64,000 nucleotides of DNA from positions 800,001-864,000 of the forward strand of contig CAWDOD010000002.1 in NCBI GenBank assembly GCA_963803805.1. The letters are read 5' to 3'. Each line of letters starts with the position of its first letter. Within the stretch, counting starts at the first letter, position 1. This stretch comes from an uncultured cyanobacterium. GTDB lineage: Bacteria > Cyanobacteriota > Cyanobacteriia > Cyanobacteriales > CAWCAG01. The position numbers and the translations under genes were made by a program. Shown here piece after piece: positions 61,990 to 64,000 of this stretch. The notes below the pieces were generated by a model. It was not told the DNA's origin and did no database searches. It worked only from the letters and a program-made list of their open reading frames with translations.

Positions 61990-63567
61990 ATGTCGCGATC
62001 GCCTCTTCCCTCATCTGGGCAAACCAAACAACTTAAACAGCTTCAAAGTCAATTGCGCGATCGCTGGCAAAGTATTGATTTATTCGATCAAGATGATTAT
62101 GACATTTTGGTTATTCCTTCTTTTAGTATCGACCAACGTCAAGGGGAAAAGATTCCTGGCTTTCTGCACTACGAGGAGCGAATGCTTTTTTCTTTAATTC
62201 GCCTTCGTAATCCTTATACCAGGCTAATTTATCTTACTGCTTTACCTTTGTCACCCTTAATTATTGAATATTATTTACAACTTTTACCAGGAATTCCTTT
62301 TTCCCATGCCCGCGATCGCCTCTTATTACTTTCTGCCAATGATGCTTCTTTTAAACCTCTTTCTCAAAAGATTTTAGAACGCCCTCGGTTAGTAGAAAGG
62401 ATTCGCAAAGCTTTGCGTCCTCATAAATCTTACATGGTTTGTTTCAATTCTACTATCTTGGAGCAAGAACTATCTCTACAATTAGATGTCCCTCTGTTGG
62501 CTTGTTCCCCGGATCTTCTCTATTGGGGTTCTAAAAGCGGTAGCCGGGAGATTTTTGCCCAATGTCATATTCCTCACCCCGATGGTACTCCTCAAGTCTG
62601 GAACTCAGAGGATTTAGTCGTAGCGATTAATCAGCTTTGGCAACGTCACCCCAACTTAGCCAAGATGGTAATCAAACTCAATGAAGGTTTTTCTGGGGAA
62701 GGAAACGCCTTATTAGATTTGAAGCAGATGCAAAATTACGCCCCAGGGCAAGCAACTCCCGCCCAAAGAAGTCAAGCTATCAGCAATCATCTGCAAAACC
62801 TACGCTTTCAAGCCCAAGGAGAAACCTGGGAAAACTTTAGGGAGAGTATTAGTAAATTAGGAGCCATAGTTGAAGTATTTATTGAAGGAGAAATTAAGCG
62901 ATCGCCAAGTGTCCAAGGCTATATTACCCCTAGTGGTGAAGTAAAAATTCTCTCCACCCATGATCAAATTCTTGGGGGTGCAGATGGACAAATTTATCTC
63001 GGTTGCCGTTTCCCTGCTGATGCAGCTTATCGTCTGCAACTCCAAAAAATTGGGGCAAAAGTGGGCCATTTCTTGGCTAAAAAAGGGGCTTTAGAACGCT
63101 TTGGAGTTGACTTTATAGCTGTTCAACAACAAGATGGTTGGGAAATGCAAGCCATCGAAATAAACCTCCGCAAAGGCGGTACAACCCACCCCTTCATGAC
63201 TCTCAAACTCCTTACTGGCGGTAACTACGACTTAAGTACAGGTTTATTTTTCAGCCAAGATAAACAAGCTAAATATTACATTGCCACTGATAACTTACAA
63301 AAGGAATCTTACCAAGGTTTATTACCTGCTGATCTTATGGATATCATTGCCTGTCATCGTCTTAATTTTAATAGTAGTAATAGAACAGGTAATGTCTTTC
63401 ATCTTATGGGCGCACTTTCTCAATACGGTAAGTTAGGTCTAATTAGTATTGGCAATTCCTTAGAAGAAGCAGAAACTATTTATAACGAAGTAGAAGCAGT
63501 TTTAGACAAAGAAACCCAGTCTATTAATCCTATCGCCAAGTCTAGTTTGCCTATTACTTGGATGTAA
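61990..63567 (+). CDS. PGM1-related ATP-grasp peptide/carboxylate-amine ligase
   Basis: HYEER, KLNEGFSGEGN, SPSVQ, FGVDF, EINLRKGGTT. Confidence 0.85.
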   Translation: MSRSPLPSSGQTKQLKQLQSQLRDRWQSIDLFDQDDYDILVIPSFSIDQRQGEKIPGFLHYEERMLFSLIRLRNPYTRLIYLTALPLSPLIIEYYLQLLPGIPFSHARDRLLLLSANDASFKPLSQKILERPRLVERIRKALRPHKSYMVCFNSTILEQELSLQLDVPLLACSPDLLYWGSKSGSREIFAQCHIPHPDGTPQVWNSEDLVVAINQLWQRHPNLAKMVIKLNEGFSGEGNALLDLKQMQNYAPGQATPAQRSQAISNHLQNLRFQAQGETWENFRESISKLGAIVEVFIEGEIKRSPSVQGYITPSGEVKILSTHDQILGGADGQIYLGCRFPADAAYRLQLQKIGAKVGHFLAKKGALERFGVDFIAVQQQDGWEMQAIEINLRKGGTTHPFMTLKLLTGGNYDLSTGLFFSQDKQAKYYIATDNLQKESYQGLLPADLMDIIACHRLNFNSSNRTGNVFHLMGALSQYGKLGLISIGNSLEEAETIYNEVEAVLDKETQSINPIAKSSLPITWM

Positions 63568-63679
63568 TTAACAGCTTAGCTTTACATAATTCAAATTACT
63601 AAATATGACAAAGCTTTGCCGTAAGCCTTGTCAATTGTCCGTAGGCTGTTTAATTGGCTGAGAAATTTAGCCATGAAAA

Positions 63680-63693
63680 GTAACTTTTGTTAC
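63680..63693. promoter_or_regulatory. NtcA-type box
   Basis: GTAACTTTTGTTAC = GTA-N8-TAC with extended GTAAC/GTTAC symmetry. Confidence 0.6.
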
Positions 63694-63864
63694 AGAACAT
63701 CTCTGTCTTTAGACCAATAAAAAACTTTCTATTTAAAGAAAGTCATGACTTTTTATAGAGAGCAAGTCAGGGTACTAAGCAGGCTAATGATAGATAAATT
63801 CAAATTGAGATAAAGATATCGTTTCATTATAAATAAACGCAATTAAAAACGAGGAAAGGGTATT

Positions 63865-64000
63865 ATGTCTTATACAGAACCAATGGCAAACCAAGTAGTA
63901 GAAACAATTATCACTCCGGATGATAAAGATCGGATTCGCTGGGGACCGATTATTGGTGGTATTTTTGTGGCGATCGCAACTCAACTAATCCTCAGCGCTT
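63865..64000 (+). CDS. Membrane protein, N-terminal part (truncated by window end; not in ORF track)
   Basis: GAGGAAAGG RBS; MSYTEPMANQVVETIITPDDKDRIRWGPIIGGIFVAIATQLILSA. Confidence 0.8.
   Translation, partial: MSYTEPMANQVVETIITPDDKDRIRWGPIIGGIFVAIATQLILSA

Larger units (their letters stand above)
4570..63977. repeat. HIP1 octamers (GCGATCGC) dispersed across the window
   Basis: Many copies, first at 4570 and last at 63970; cyanobacterial signature. Confidence 0.95.

Noticed and set aside
442-63984. Short overlapping or antisense ORFs in the track (e.g. 442-624, 14369-14674, 36927-37271, 51763-51963, 54784-55176, 63784-63984)
   Set aside because: They overlap better-supported features and show no motifs

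Overview
AT-rich cyanobacterial chromosome segment, identified by recurrent HIP1 octamers (GCGATCGC), heptamer STRR-type repeats and genes such as sigC, sigD, nblB, pam68 and a CpcS/CpeS-family lyase. It is mostly housekeeping: nrdAB, purQS, larB, lipA, cobK, cbiG-cobJ (split by a frameshift), ubiD, uvrA, argG, glk, aroF, rpsO, cimA and tRNA-Pro(CGG). Accessory elements are two lone defence-like genes (AlbA_2/HATPase and DUF262-DUF1524), an intact IS982-family element with a target duplication, MITE/REP-like repeats and two coding 66-bp tandem repeats. Top leads: (1) a ~70% Asp/Glu, Tyr-rich small protein placed 9 bp upstream of a gamma-glutamylcyclotransferase gene and divergent from an ATP-grasp peptide ligase, a possible writer/substrate/eraser module; (2) an unannotated PsrR1-like sRNA behind an HLR1 box that also carries a 37-codon ORF, a possible dual-function RNA; (3) a heme-oxygenase-like diiron enzyme convergent with an orphan 3-TM histidine kinase, a possible signal synthase/receptor pair. 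All family calls are by eye from motifs; no searches were run.
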